Of a DNA stretch of 64,000 bases, positions 38,019-46,622 are shown one piece after another. The stretch is from Candidatus Shapirobacteria bacterium (GTDB lineage: Bacteria; Patescibacteriota; Microgenomatia; UBA12405): contig JAUYJS010000008.1 of NCBI GenBank assembly GCA_030698565.1, forward strand, positions 161,275-225,274, in the 5' to 3' direction. Every line of letters starts with the position of its first letter. The first letter of the stretch is position 1. The notes under the pieces are model-generated. The model was given only the letters and a program-made list of their open reading frames with translations. It was not told the origin of the DNA and made no database searches. A program made the position numbers and the translations under genes.

Positions 38019-38024
38019 TTATTC

Positions 38025-38309
38025 ATGTACTTTGTTTACATCTTGAAAAGTTTAAAAACAGACGAGCTCTATAAAGGTATTACCAATGACTTACAAAGAA
38101 GGATTATTGAGCATAATTCAAATAAGAATATCGGCTCCCGTGGTAAAGGGCCATGGCGATTAGTATATTTTGAAGAACACTCAAATCGAATTGAAGCCAG
38201 AAAACGAGAAAAATATTTTAAGTCCGGTTCTGGCCGGGAATTTTTAAAAATCATACTAAACACAATCCCCTGTAGCTCAATGGTAGAGCGCCCGCCTGTT
38301 AAGCGGTAG
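38025..38309 (+). CDS. small GIY-YIG nuclease-domain protein (about 95 aa from ATG 38025)
   Basis: MYFVYILKSLKTDELYKGITNDLQRRIIEHN...GPWRLVYFEEHSNRIEARKREKYFKSGSGREFL = GIY-YIG/URI domain (Y-V-Y, R, E, N); stop lies 44 nt inside the tRNA-Asn gene. Confidence 0.65.
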   Translation: MYFVYILKSLKTDELYKGITNDLQRRIIEHNSNKNIGSRGKGPWRLVYFEEHSNRIEARKREKYFKSGSGREFLKIILNTIPCSSMVERPPVKR

Positions 38310-38337
38310 GTTCGAGGTCCGAATCCTCGCGGGGGAG
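38266..38337 (+). tRNA. tRNA-Asn (anticodon GUU)
   Basis: TCCCCTG-TA-GCTC-AATGGTA-GAGC-G-CCCGC-CTGTTAA-GCGGT-AGGT-TCGAGG-TCCGAAT-CCTCG-CGGGGGA-G; U33, GTT, A37; starts UCC... like E. coli tRNA-Asn. Confidence 0.75.
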
Positions 38338-39900
38338 CAAAGCGGAACACTCAGGTTCCGAAGAAGCATAATACTTGGAAACTTTCGTTAAATCATACTG
38401 TTCGAAAATTTCTTTATCGTTATTCATCAATTTTTCTATATTCGAACTATTTGTTCGTTTAGCTAGTGCTAAAAGAGATTTAAATCCCGGTGTTAATGTG
38501 TAGAATACCTTGTCAATATCAAGTTCAATAGTGTCGAATACTTTTTTCATCAATTGTCTTTTCTCATTCGGTTCGACTTTTAAAAACGACGCCTTACCGT
38601 TCTGAGAAATCTCGTAAATTCTTACTCCCAGATCAGTAGTTTTTTGTATCGCCTCTGTTTGTTTGACAATATGTTTATCCAGCTCCGTTAAGTCACCGGA
38701 GAACTTTTTAGCAAGAATGTTGTATTGATCTTCCGAAATCTTACCATCCAACTTATCAATATATGCTTCACTTAATCTATTAGTGTAAATTTTTCTCGAT
38801 TTTTCTAATTCCTTTACCGAATCAAGATACAAGTCGGATTCGCTATTGTTCGTTTCTTTTAATGCCTTTTTCAGCCACTCTCTAACTTTTAGGCTGTCAA
38901 TTTTAAACTCATCGAGTACATTTCCAATACATTCTTCCACAACAATTTCCTTTGACCATTTTCGCTTAGGGCAATTTCGGTAATGATTACAATGGCCGTA
39001 CATTATTCCCTTGGCCTGTTCCCAGGTAATTGTTCCGTGACATTCATGACACTTAAAAACGCCTTTAAATTTGTAGTCATGTTTGCTGTATTTTGGGGTA
39101 TTCTTTGAACTAAGTATCCTTTGAACTTTATCAAACAGTTCTCGATCAATGATGGGTTCTTGTTTACCTTTGTGAATTTCACCTTTCCACATAAAGTCGC
39201 CTATATAAAACGGATCTCTCAGCAGCCGATGCATCCGACTCTTATGGACCAGCTTACCACTATCACTTTTCATACCTAATGTGTGCATTTCTTTGGATAA
39301 TTTAAGTATGGAATAAGTGCCGGTCCCATACAACTCAAACATCTTTTGGAGAATTGACGCAACTTCCGGATTAACCACATGAATTTTATGACCTTGTTCG
39401 CCTATTGTTTTATAACCATAAGGTGGTTTGGTAGGCAACCACCCTTCGCTTATCTTTTCCTTCTGACCTTTCTTTACCTCTTCACTTAGATTATCTAAAT
39501 AATACTGAGCCACTGATACTTTGATATTCCAAATAAACTTCTCGTTAGATTTAGAATTTTTATGTAGAATCACATTCTCTTTCACAAAATGAACCTGTTT
39601 TTCTTCATCATCTTCAATCCATTGGTTGATAATAACAGCGTCCCTAATGTTTCTTGTAAGCCGGTCGGTTTTTTCTACAACTAAGTTCTTTATTTTTTTT
39701 GATCTCAAATAATCCAACATTTCTTCAAAGAGCTTTCTTTGTTTGCTTCCGCCTGCTGACTCAGAAAGCGAAAACACCCTATCTATTTGAAGTCCTTTTG
39801 ACTGACAATACTCCGTTAATAATTTTTCCTGGGAGGGGAGAGAATAGCCTGTTTCTTCTTGCTCCTTAGAACTGACCCTACAAAGTAATACTGTTTTCAT
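38299..39900 (-). CDS. large serine recombinase (phage/ICE-type serine integrase)
   Basis: N-terminal resolvase catalytic domain MKTVLLCRVSSKEQ (Ser nucleophile), recombinase domain, Cys-rich zinc ribbon CHECHGT...CNHYRNC, coiled-coil C-terminus; 3' end overlaps tRNA-Asn 3' end. Confidence 0.85.
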   Translation of the reverse strand: MKTVLLCRVSSKEQEETGYSLPSQEKLLTEYCQSKGLQIDRVFSLSESAGGSKQRKLFEEMLDYLRSKKIKNLVVEKTDRLTRNIRDAVIINQWIEDDEEKQVHFVKENVILHKNSKSNEKFIWNIKVSVAQYYLDNLSEEVKKGQKEKISEGWLPTKPPYGYKTIGEQGHKIHVVNPEVASILQKMFELYGTGTYSILKLSKEMHTLGMKSDSGKLVHKSRMHRLLRDPFYIGDFMWKGEIHKGKQEPIIDRELFDKVQRILSSKNTPKYSKHDYKFKGVFKCHECHGTITWEQAKGIMYGHCNHYRNCPKRKWSKEIVVEECIGNVLDEFKIDSLKVREWLKKALKETNNSESDLYLDSVKELEKSRKIYTNRLSEAYIDKLDGKISEDQYNILAKKFSGDLTELDKHIVKQTEAIQKTTDLGVRIYEISQNGKASFLKVEPNEKRQLMKKVFDTIELDIDKVFYTLTPGFKSLLALAKRTNSSNIEKLMNNDKEIFEQYDLTKVSKYYASSEPECSALLPREDSDLEPTA

Positions 39901-40015
39901 AATTATCTTAATTATTAAATATAGTAACTGTATATATTCACCTTAAAAGAAATCCTAAAGTAACTATATATAGTAACTATAGTTATTCTTATAAAATAAT
40001 ATCTTATAATGTATG

Positions 40016-40366
40016 TCAATCAGGGATGTTAATTTCATCAGGGTTAATATCCATCGAAGATTCAGAATTTTCGGCTAAATTCTTTTCTCGGCAATACATA
40101 TCATATATTTTTTGATAGATCTCTTGGTACAACCTCATATTATTGATGAAAACAATCTGATTCCATTTTTCACCTGATTTGTAGCTTGGAGGTTGGATCC
40201 AAATATGATCATGGAAAGCAAGATTTTCATAATTAGTTTTGCTAACCCTCCACCCCTTTTCTTCCCACTGATCAAATAGCACTAGAGTTACTTGGGCCAA
40301 AGTAGAGCTTGAATTTAGTAACTTTATTTTTACCTGAACATCATCAGGGTCAATCTTCATAGACAT
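40016..40366 (-). CDS. hypothetical protein (integrative-element cargo)
   Basis: 116-aa ORF, no motif. Confidence 0.35.
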   Translation of the reverse strand: MSMKIDPDDVQVKIKLLNSSSTLAQVTLVLFDQWEEKGWRVSKTNYENLAFHDHIWIQPPSYKSGEKWNQIVFINNMRLYQEIYQKIYDMYCREKNLAENSESSMDINPDEINIPD

Positions 40367-40545
40367 ATGTTTTTATTAAATTGTTAATTTTGTAGGTTCG
40401 ATTGTTGGTAAAATAATTCAAATTTCACCTTTTGGACCAAGGTCTGAACTTGTAAAGACCACAGTCTTTTATTCCGCAATCGGTTTTCTTCATCCCACCC
40501 ATACAGTCAAAACATTTAGTCTTTATGGCCGCTTCGATTTCACGG

Positions 40546-40976
40546 CTATGCTTTATTATTTGGTGCTTTTTGAGCGAGTTTAGTTTCATATTCATTTTTC
40601 TGAACTAATAAAAGTTGAAAATACTCAACGAGAAAATTTGCCAGCTTACTTAAAGTTTCAAAATCCAGATTAAGGTTTTTCTCTTCTTTCAGGATTTCTC
40701 CAAGCTCAATGATTAACTCCCGGCTAAGTGTTTTCATTGTTGTGAGTAAATCCTGGTCTTAATAACTTTGAGTTGGTTAAAAAATTGTTGAGGTTCCACC
40801 TTTAGCTCACTGTTCCAATACATTCCAATAAGGTTTTCTAACTCTTGGGTTTTCTTGAAAACAAAAAATATCTTTCGGTTATCAACTGTTTCAAGCGATT
40901 CAATCGGGTAATACAGAGACAAAGCAGTCACCAATGCCAAGTCGGAAGTTTTGTAGTAATCTTCATTTAAATTCAT
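40546..40976 (-). CDS. two small overlapping hypothetical ORFs (63 and 80 aa)
   Basis: ORFs 40546..40737 and 40734..40976 with ATGA-type overlap, suggesting a coupled pair (TA-like organisation possible); no motif. Confidence 0.3.
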
Positions 40977-41034
40977 GACCTCAGAATACCGAAGTCAAAA
41001 TTTAAAATTATGACAACTATTTGATTTATTATTG

Positions 41035-41793
41035 TTATCTCGACTTTTTCAAACGACTTTTGTACTTTCTTATTCTGTTTACTGCTTTTCTATCATCTTC
41101 CTCAGTATCTGTTTTTGAAATCTCTGCCCTAACCACCCAGTCAATGTCGTGAAGTTTATAGCTAGAATTATCTGTTACATCTTCTTCAAACTTACTCTCT
41201 TTTTCATTTAGGTAATTTATATACTCATACAATCTTTTTCCCGTCGTAGGAGTAATGTTTTTGCTCTTATAGATCCTTAGCTCTTTTTGAAGCTCCTTAA
41301 TCGAGGCCCATGCCTCCTTAATATCACTTAGCTTCGTTGACGAATTTATCTCTAAGGAAACAGTTTCGTTATTTTTCTTTTCGAATGATAGGTTATAAAT
41401 CGGAGGCATAAAGAACCCAGTTATTACCAAAGTTGCTAATGGAGGAAACCAATCGTTAGTTAAGTTGTGAGTTTCTCTAAATTCTTCAACCTTTTTTAAA
41501 AACGCCATTCTTTTTTCACTATTCACAAAACCGACCACTCTTAGCATTTCTGACTGACTATCGTTCCAGAATTCCAGCATTTCCTTCCAGTCGCTCTCCT
41601 TGCTTTTTGTTCTAAAAAATCTTTTCCAAGTAATATAATTACCTCTATCTAAATTATTTAAACCAAGTAATCCTCTCGTCCCATTGATAAATTTCCAGAA
41701 ATCATCTTCCAATAATGTAAATAGTCTGTTGAATTCCAAGTCATTTTTAACAATAGTTTTCAATTTACCATCCATTTTCATATTTCTCGACAT
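41035..41793 (-). CDS. hypothetical protein, basic C-terminal tail
   Basis: 252 aa; no recognised domain. Confidence 0.4.
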   Translation of the reverse strand: MSRNMKMDGKLKTIVKNDLEFNRLFTLLEDDFWKFINGTRGLLGLNNLDRGNYITWKRFFRTKSKESDWKEMLEFWNDSQSEMLRVVGFVNSEKRMAFLKKVEEFRETHNLTNDWFPPLATLVITGFFMPPIYNLSFEKKNNETVSLEINSSTKLSDIKEAWASIKELQKELRIYKSKNITPTTGKRLYEYINYLNEKESKFEEDVTDNSSYKLHDIDWVVRAEISKTDTEEDDRKAVNRIRKYKSRLKKSR

Positions 41794-41924
41794 ACAACAT
41801 GTATTTTATTCCGTATTACCGAAAAATACTAAACATTGATTAAATTTGTGGTAACATAAGTTGTCCTCACAATCTGTTGCCTAAACCTTGCAAAAGGCAT
41901 GGCATAAATCCGAGTTAAGGGACG

Positions 41925-42025
41925 GAAGCTCTCCGTCTAGCTTTCCTTAACTCGGTCATATGTCGAAAGATGTATGGGTTTGATCCGCAAGGGTCCTACC
42001 GGCTAGCGGGGAGCTTTTATTTTTT
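41925..42025 (+). ncRNA. candidate small structured RNA with intrinsic terminator
   Basis: 11-bp stem CCGAGTTAAGG/CCTTAACTCGG enclosing inner hairpin GACGGAAGCTCTCCGTC, then CCGGCTAGCGGGGAGC hairpin + TTTTATTTTTT. Confidence 0.3.
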
Positions 42026-42043
42026 CCCGTTAAGGATAAAAAT

Positions 42044-42244
42044 ATGAAAATTAAGATCGTAACGGGAATAGTATTTGTTTTTGTTATATCCTTTCTTTTT
42101 TACTGGTACGAATACAGGCCCACTCAAATAAGGTCCAAATGTGAAACAGATATGGAATTGACAGTGAAAGGAACCGGAAAAACAATAGAACAAGCTGATT
42201 TCTCTTATAAAATGTGTTTAAGATCTAGTGGTTTGGAAAATTAA
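42044..42244 (+). CDS. small membrane protein (66 aa)
   Basis: Single TM IVTGIVFVFVISFLFYWY. Confidence 0.3.
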   Translation: MKIKIVTGIVFVFVISFLFYWYEYRPTQIRSKCETDMELTVKGTGKTIEQADFSYKMCLRSSGLEN

Positions 42245-42421
42245 ATTATGAAACCACAACCATTTGATCCCAACGAGTTTCCAACATTAGTAAAATATGA
42301 CAGCCAGAAAATCGAAGACGCAATCCAGAAACTGATGAAAGATCGCTCTATGACCAGACAGCAAGCAATGGTGAATCTAGAACAAGATTTAAGTGAGTTA
42401 GAATAATAAAAGATAATTAAA

Positions 42422-43000
42422 ATGAAAATAAAAAAAGATAAAATTGACTCAACGGAATTATGTAGACTTGCTTTGAAACTTTATGAAGAAAACACGGATG
42501 AATCAAAAAAGGAGTTGTTAAAAAAGAATCTTCAATATGCCTATGAAGCTATTCCTAAAGCTCGTAGGAGATATGTACTGGGAGATATGGACATTCACGA
42601 CTCTCCGATTCGAGACATTCTCTATGGTGAACACAACATGGTCAGTTGGGATTATCGGAGATATGTAGCCGATAATGGTGAGCTGTATCTACCTCACTTT
42701 AATGAATCTCATCAAAAAATAGAATATGTCCGAAAATCAGGTTACATAAACAATTCCAATCCTCCGGAAGACATTGCCATGTTTGCCGAAACTGTTGATC
42801 TAGTAAGAAGATCAGGTGTTGTCAGTTTTCCTAAAATAATGAGGCATTTTCTAGTTGGGTATGCCAAAGCTAGACGCTTAATAGATGAGTTAGGAAAAGC
42901 AGCAGTAATAAGTACGGTTACAAATGATACTGAACCAGGAAAGGTGTTGATCGAACATGGAAACAACATGAGTGCTTGGGATTTTCCGAAAACCAAATAA
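42422..43000 (+). CDS. FtsK-gamma-like winged-helix DNA-binding domain protein
   Basis: C-terminal VDLVRRSGVVSFPKIMRHFLVGYAKARRLIDELGKAAVIS matches FtsK gamma (...SASLLQRRLRIGYNRAARLIEQME...). Confidence 0.55.
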   Translation: MKIKKDKIDSTELCRLALKLYEENTDESKKELLKKNLQYAYEAIPKARRRYVLGDMDIHDSPIRDILYGEHNMVSWDYRRYVADNGELYLPHFNESHQKIEYVRKSGYINNSNPPEDIAMFAETVDLVRRSGVVSFPKIMRHFLVGYAKARRLIDELGKAAVISTVTNDTEPGKVLIEHGNNMSAWDFPKTK

Positions 43001-43019
43001 ATTGATACCCAGAATCGAC

Positions 43020-43410
43020 CAAAATCGACCATTTTCTCCCTCTAGCAACCCACCAAAACCAGCCATTTTCGGCCATTTTAGCTATGGATATTTACTAAAA
43101 ATTCATTATAAATCACCATATTTCACCACATTTAGCTATATAAAACCCACCAAAAACCACCATTTTCTACCATTTTTAGCTTTAAATGATTAGCGAGAAA
43201 CCATTAAAAACCACTATATTTCACCACTTTTCCCTATAAAAATCGACCATTTTCGACTATTTTTTAAGCTAGAAAGTCTTGTTTTGTCGTGATATTACCT
43301 ATCAAAACCCATGATTTTCCATGTTTTTTAGCTTCAAATCATATATAAAAAACCTAATTTTTATATCAAAAATCGGTGTTTTTCGGTAATTTTCCTATCT
43401 TATCTGCCAT
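43020..43410. repeat. iteron-like array: about 8 degenerate direct repeats (about 45-60 bp period) built from paired half-sites NNCCATTTTC ... CCATTTTTAGCT
   Basis: e.g. CGACCATTTTCTCCC, AGCCATTTTCGGCCATTTTAGCT, CACCATTTTCTACCATTTTTAGCT, CGACCATTTTCGACTATTTTTTAAGCT, CCCATGATTTTCCATGTTTTTTAGCT in a non-coding 450-bp stretch. Confidence 0.6.
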
Positions 43411-43607
43411 TCAACTAGGCGAAAAAACCTAGAATTTCCTAGATTTTTATAGTCTTTTATAGGTTTTTCAATAAAAATGTCGAAGAACTTGATAATTTAT
43501 TAGCTTAAATAGTAATGGAAAGTAATGGATTACGACTACCTGTATTTAATGCGAAAAGTATGTCTGTAGTGAGCTACAATATATAAGATTAAATCACCAG
43601 AAAACTT

Positions 43608-45326
43608 ATGGTAAATATAAATGAATATGCAAACTTTATTTGGTCGGTAGCTGATACTTTAAGAGGCGATTACAAACAAGCTGACTACGGAAAAGTGATT
43701 TTACCTTTGACTGTTATCAGGAGACTAGATAGTGTTCTTTCAGATACCAAGGAAAATGTATTAAAAAGCTATGAATCCCAAAAAATAACCAATCTTCAAG
43801 AAGCTGATTTAGTACTCAATAAAATTGCCGGATACAAATTCCATAACCATAGTAAATTTGATTTTAGTAAATTGATTTCGGACCCGGATAATATCGTTTC
43901 AAATTTGAGAAATTACATTAACGGATTTTCCGAAAATGCCAGAGATATTTTAGAAAACTTTGAATTCGACAAAGAGATTCATAAACTGGATAAAGCCAAT
44001 CTCCTTTATCAAGTTGTAAAACAATTTCAGGAAATTAACTTACATCCCAGCAAAATAAATAATCATGAAATGGGTTATTTGTTTGAAGAACTGATCAGAA
44101 AGTTTGCTGAAGCATCAAATGAAACCGCCGGAGAACATTTCACACCCAGAGAAGTTATCAAGTTGATGGTCAACATCCTTTTTATTTCTGATAGTAATAT
44201 CCTTCGTGGTGACGGAATTATTAAAACCCTTTATGATCCTGCCTGTGGAACTGGTGGCATGATGTCGGTTGCTGAAGAGTATTTAAAAGAACTCAATCCA
44301 GACGCTAGACTTGAACTATTTGGACAAGAACTTAACCCAGAGTCTTATGCTGTTTGTAAGTCCGACATGTTGATAAAAGTTCAAGACCCGGACCACGTAA
44401 AATTGGGTGATACTTTGAGGAATGATCAGTTAAGGACCGAAAAATTTGATTACATGCTTTCAAATCCTCCGTTCGGAGTTAATTGGAAAAAGGCGGAGAA
44501 AGAAGTTAAGCAAGAATACGAGGATCTAGGATTTGGAGGAAGGTTTGGGGCTGGTCTTCCTAGTATCAGCGATGGATCAATGCTTTTTCTTCAACACATG
44601 GTTTCAAAAATGAAACCCACCAATGGAGGTTCCCGACTAGCGATTGTATTTAATGGCTCTCCACTATTCTCTGGTAGTGCTGGTAGTGGTCCCAGCGAGA
44701 TTAGAAGATGGATTATTGAAAACGATATGCTCGAAGCAATAATCGCTCTTCCGGACCAACTTTTTTATAACACCGGTATTTCTACATACATATGGGTTGT
44801 AACGAACAGAAAATCCATCGAAAGAAAAGGAAAGGTCCAGCTTATAAATGCTGTCTCATCCTATAAGGTGATGAGAAAGAAACTAGGCGATAAAAGAAAT
44901 GAAATAGGAACCGAGGATATTGATAAAATTGTCAGCTTATATGGGGAATTTAGTGATTCAAAATTCTCAAAGATATTTGATAATTCTGATTTTGGATATT
45001 CCCAATTAACAGTCGAAAGACCACTCAAAGACGAAAAAGGAAACATTATTAAAGACACAAAAGGCAAACCAAAAGCCGATCCTAAATTAAGGGACTCCGA
45101 AAATGTTCCATTAAAAGAAGATATTCAAGAATACTTCAAAAGAGAGGTGGTCCCATTTGTTCCAGATGCCTGGATAGATGAATCCAAAACTAAAGTTGGC
45201 TACGAAATCAATTTCACTAAGTACTTTTACGAGTATAAGCCACTTCGATCACTTGAAGAGATAACTAAAGACATTTTGGAATTAGAAAAAGAAAGTGATG
45301 GGTTATTGAAAGAAATTACTAAATAA
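43608..45326 (+). CDS. hsdM: type I restriction-modification system, methyltransferase subunit HsdM
   Basis: N-terminal HsdM_N; motif I DPACGTGGM; motif IV LSNPPFG. Confidence 0.9.
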   Translation: MVNINEYANFIWSVADTLRGDYKQADYGKVILPLTVIRRLDSVLSDTKENVLKSYESQKITNLQEADLVLNKIAGYKFHNHSKFDFSKLISDPDNIVSNLRNYINGFSENARDILENFEFDKEIHKLDKANLLYQVVKQFQEINLHPSKINNHEMGYLFEELIRKFAEASNETAGEHFTPREVIKLMVNILFISDSNILRGDGIIKTLYDPACGTGGMMSVAEEYLKELNPDARLELFGQELNPESYAVCKSDMLIKVQDPDHVKLGDTLRNDQLRTEKFDYMLSNPPFGVNWKKAEKEVKQEYEDLGFGGRFGAGLPSISDGSMLFLQHMVSKMKPTNGGSRLAIVFNGSPLFSGSAGSGPSEIRRWIIENDMLEAIIALPDQLFYNTGISTYIWVVTNRKSIERKGKVQLINAVSSYKVMRKKLGDKRNEIGTEDIDKIVSLYGEFSDSKFSKIFDNSDFGYSQLTVERPLKDEKGNIIKDTKGKPKADPKLRDSENVPLKEDIQEYFKREVVPFVPDAWIDESKTKVGYEINFTKYFYEYKPLRSLEEITKDILELEKESDGLLKEITK

Positions 45327-45329
45327 ATA

Positions 45330-46622
45330 ATGACTTATAAATCAGACACCTCGACTTGGAATACTAAAAAATTGAAGTATGTTACTTGTATCAATTCAGA
45401 GGTGCTAAGAGAAAATAAAGATAAAGAGCAAGAAATAAGTTATATAGACATCAGTTCGGTAAATTCAGACGGTAGAATTAAAAAAATCGAGAAAGTCAAA
45501 TTTGGAGTAGCACCTTCAAGGGCAAGAAGAATCGTTAAGAAAGGGGATGTGATTATATCAACCGTAAGAACTTATTTAAGAGCCATTGCTTCCATTAAAG
45601 AAAACATTGATGATTTAATTGTATCTACTGGTTTTGCTGTATTACGAGCCGGAAATGAAATATCACCAGATTTTCTGAAATACGCTATATTAAATCCAGA
45701 TTTTATCGACAAGATAATGGCTAACTCAAAAGGAGTAAGCTATCCTGCAATTAGTAGTTCTGACTTGGCAAACTTGGCAATTTCGTACCCGTACAAAAAG
45801 GAAACACAAGATTTAATAAGTAGATACTTAAATTATAAAACCTCTCTTATAGACTCCTTAGTTCAAAAAAATGAAAAACTAATTAAACTTTTGGAAGAGA
45901 AAAAAGCAGCAATTATTAGTCAGACCATAACAAAAGGGTTAAATACGGATGTCGAGATGAAAGACAGTGTAGTTGAATGGGTTGGAAAAATACCAAAAGT
46001 GTGGAAAGTGGAGCCAGTTTCTTTAAACTTCAAAGAGAATAAAATCAAGAATAGTAATCTCCAAGAGAAAAATTTACTCTCACTTAGTTACGGAAAAATT
46101 ATAAAGAAAAACATTCTTTCAAATTTCGGTTTATTACCAGAATCGTTCTCAAATTACCAAATAGTTGAAAAAGATTGCATTATATTAAGACTTACAGATC
46201 TTCAAAACGATAAAAGAAGTTTAAGAGTAGGCTACGTACCTGAAAGAGGAATAATTACATCCGCTTATATTGGTCTAACCCCAAAAAGCAATCTAAATTC
46301 CAAATATATTTATTACTTGCTTCACAGTTATGATTTAAAGAAAGTGTTTTATAACTTAGGTTCTGGTGTAAGACAAAGTTTAACTTACTTTGATTTTAAA
46401 AAGCTTCCATTGATTATCCCTACAAGTGAAGAGCAAGAAAAAATTGTGGAGCATGTTGAGGTAGGGATAAGAAAAATTAGTGATTCAATTAACTATATTG
46501 ATAAGCAAATAAAATTATTAGAAGAATATCGCAAAACACTTATCTCAAATGTGGTCACTGGAAAAACTGATGTTAGAGATGAAAAAATTCCAGAAAGTGG
46601 GATAAAATACAACTATGCCTAA
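45330..46622 (+). CDS. hsdS: type I R-M specificity subunit HsdS (two target-recognition domains)
   Basis: 430 aa, follows hsdM by 3 bp; two TRD-like halves separated by the conserved central coiled-coil. Confidence 0.8.
   Translation: MTYKSDTSTWNTKKLKYVTCINSEVLRENKDKEQEISYIDISSVNSDGRIKKIEKVKFGVAPSRARRIVKKGDVIISTVRTYLRAIASIKENIDDLIVSTGFAVLRAGNEISPDFLKYAILNPDFIDKIMANSKGVSYPAISSSDLANLAISYPYKKETQDLISRYLNYKTSLIDSLVQKNEKLIKLLEEKKAAIISQTITKGLNTDVEMKDSVVEWVGKIPKVWKVEPVSLNFKENKIKNSNLQEKNLLSLSYGKIIKKNILSNFGLLPESFSNYQIVEKDCIILRLTDLQNDKRSLRVGYVPERGIITSAYIGLTPKSNLNSKYIYYLLHSYDLKKVFYNLGSGVRQSLTYFDFKKLPLIIPTSEEQEKIVEHVEVGIRKISDSINYIDKQIKLLEEYRKTLISNVVTGKTDVRDEKIPESGIKYNYA

Noticed and set aside
37974-38024. 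GIY-YIG ORF start at 37974 (MVDLPAGRQGARLLSLF...)
   Set aside because: These codons are the tRNA D-loop fragment (CAATGGTAGA) plus the 20-bp palindrome; the GIY-YIG domain proper starts at ATG 38025 (MYFVYILKS).
37897-38341. Group I intron with homing endonuclease inside tRNA-Asn
   Set aside because: The downstream tRNA-Asn is intact and uninterrupted. The arrangement is tandem partial duplication plus an intergenic ORF, not a split gene.
41925-42025. Retron msr/msd or SRP/6S RNA
   Set aside because: No reverse transcriptase gene nearby. There is no SRP domain IV consensus (GGUCCGGAAGGAAGCAGCC) or 6S-like central bubble. Kept only as a generic structured-RNA candidate.
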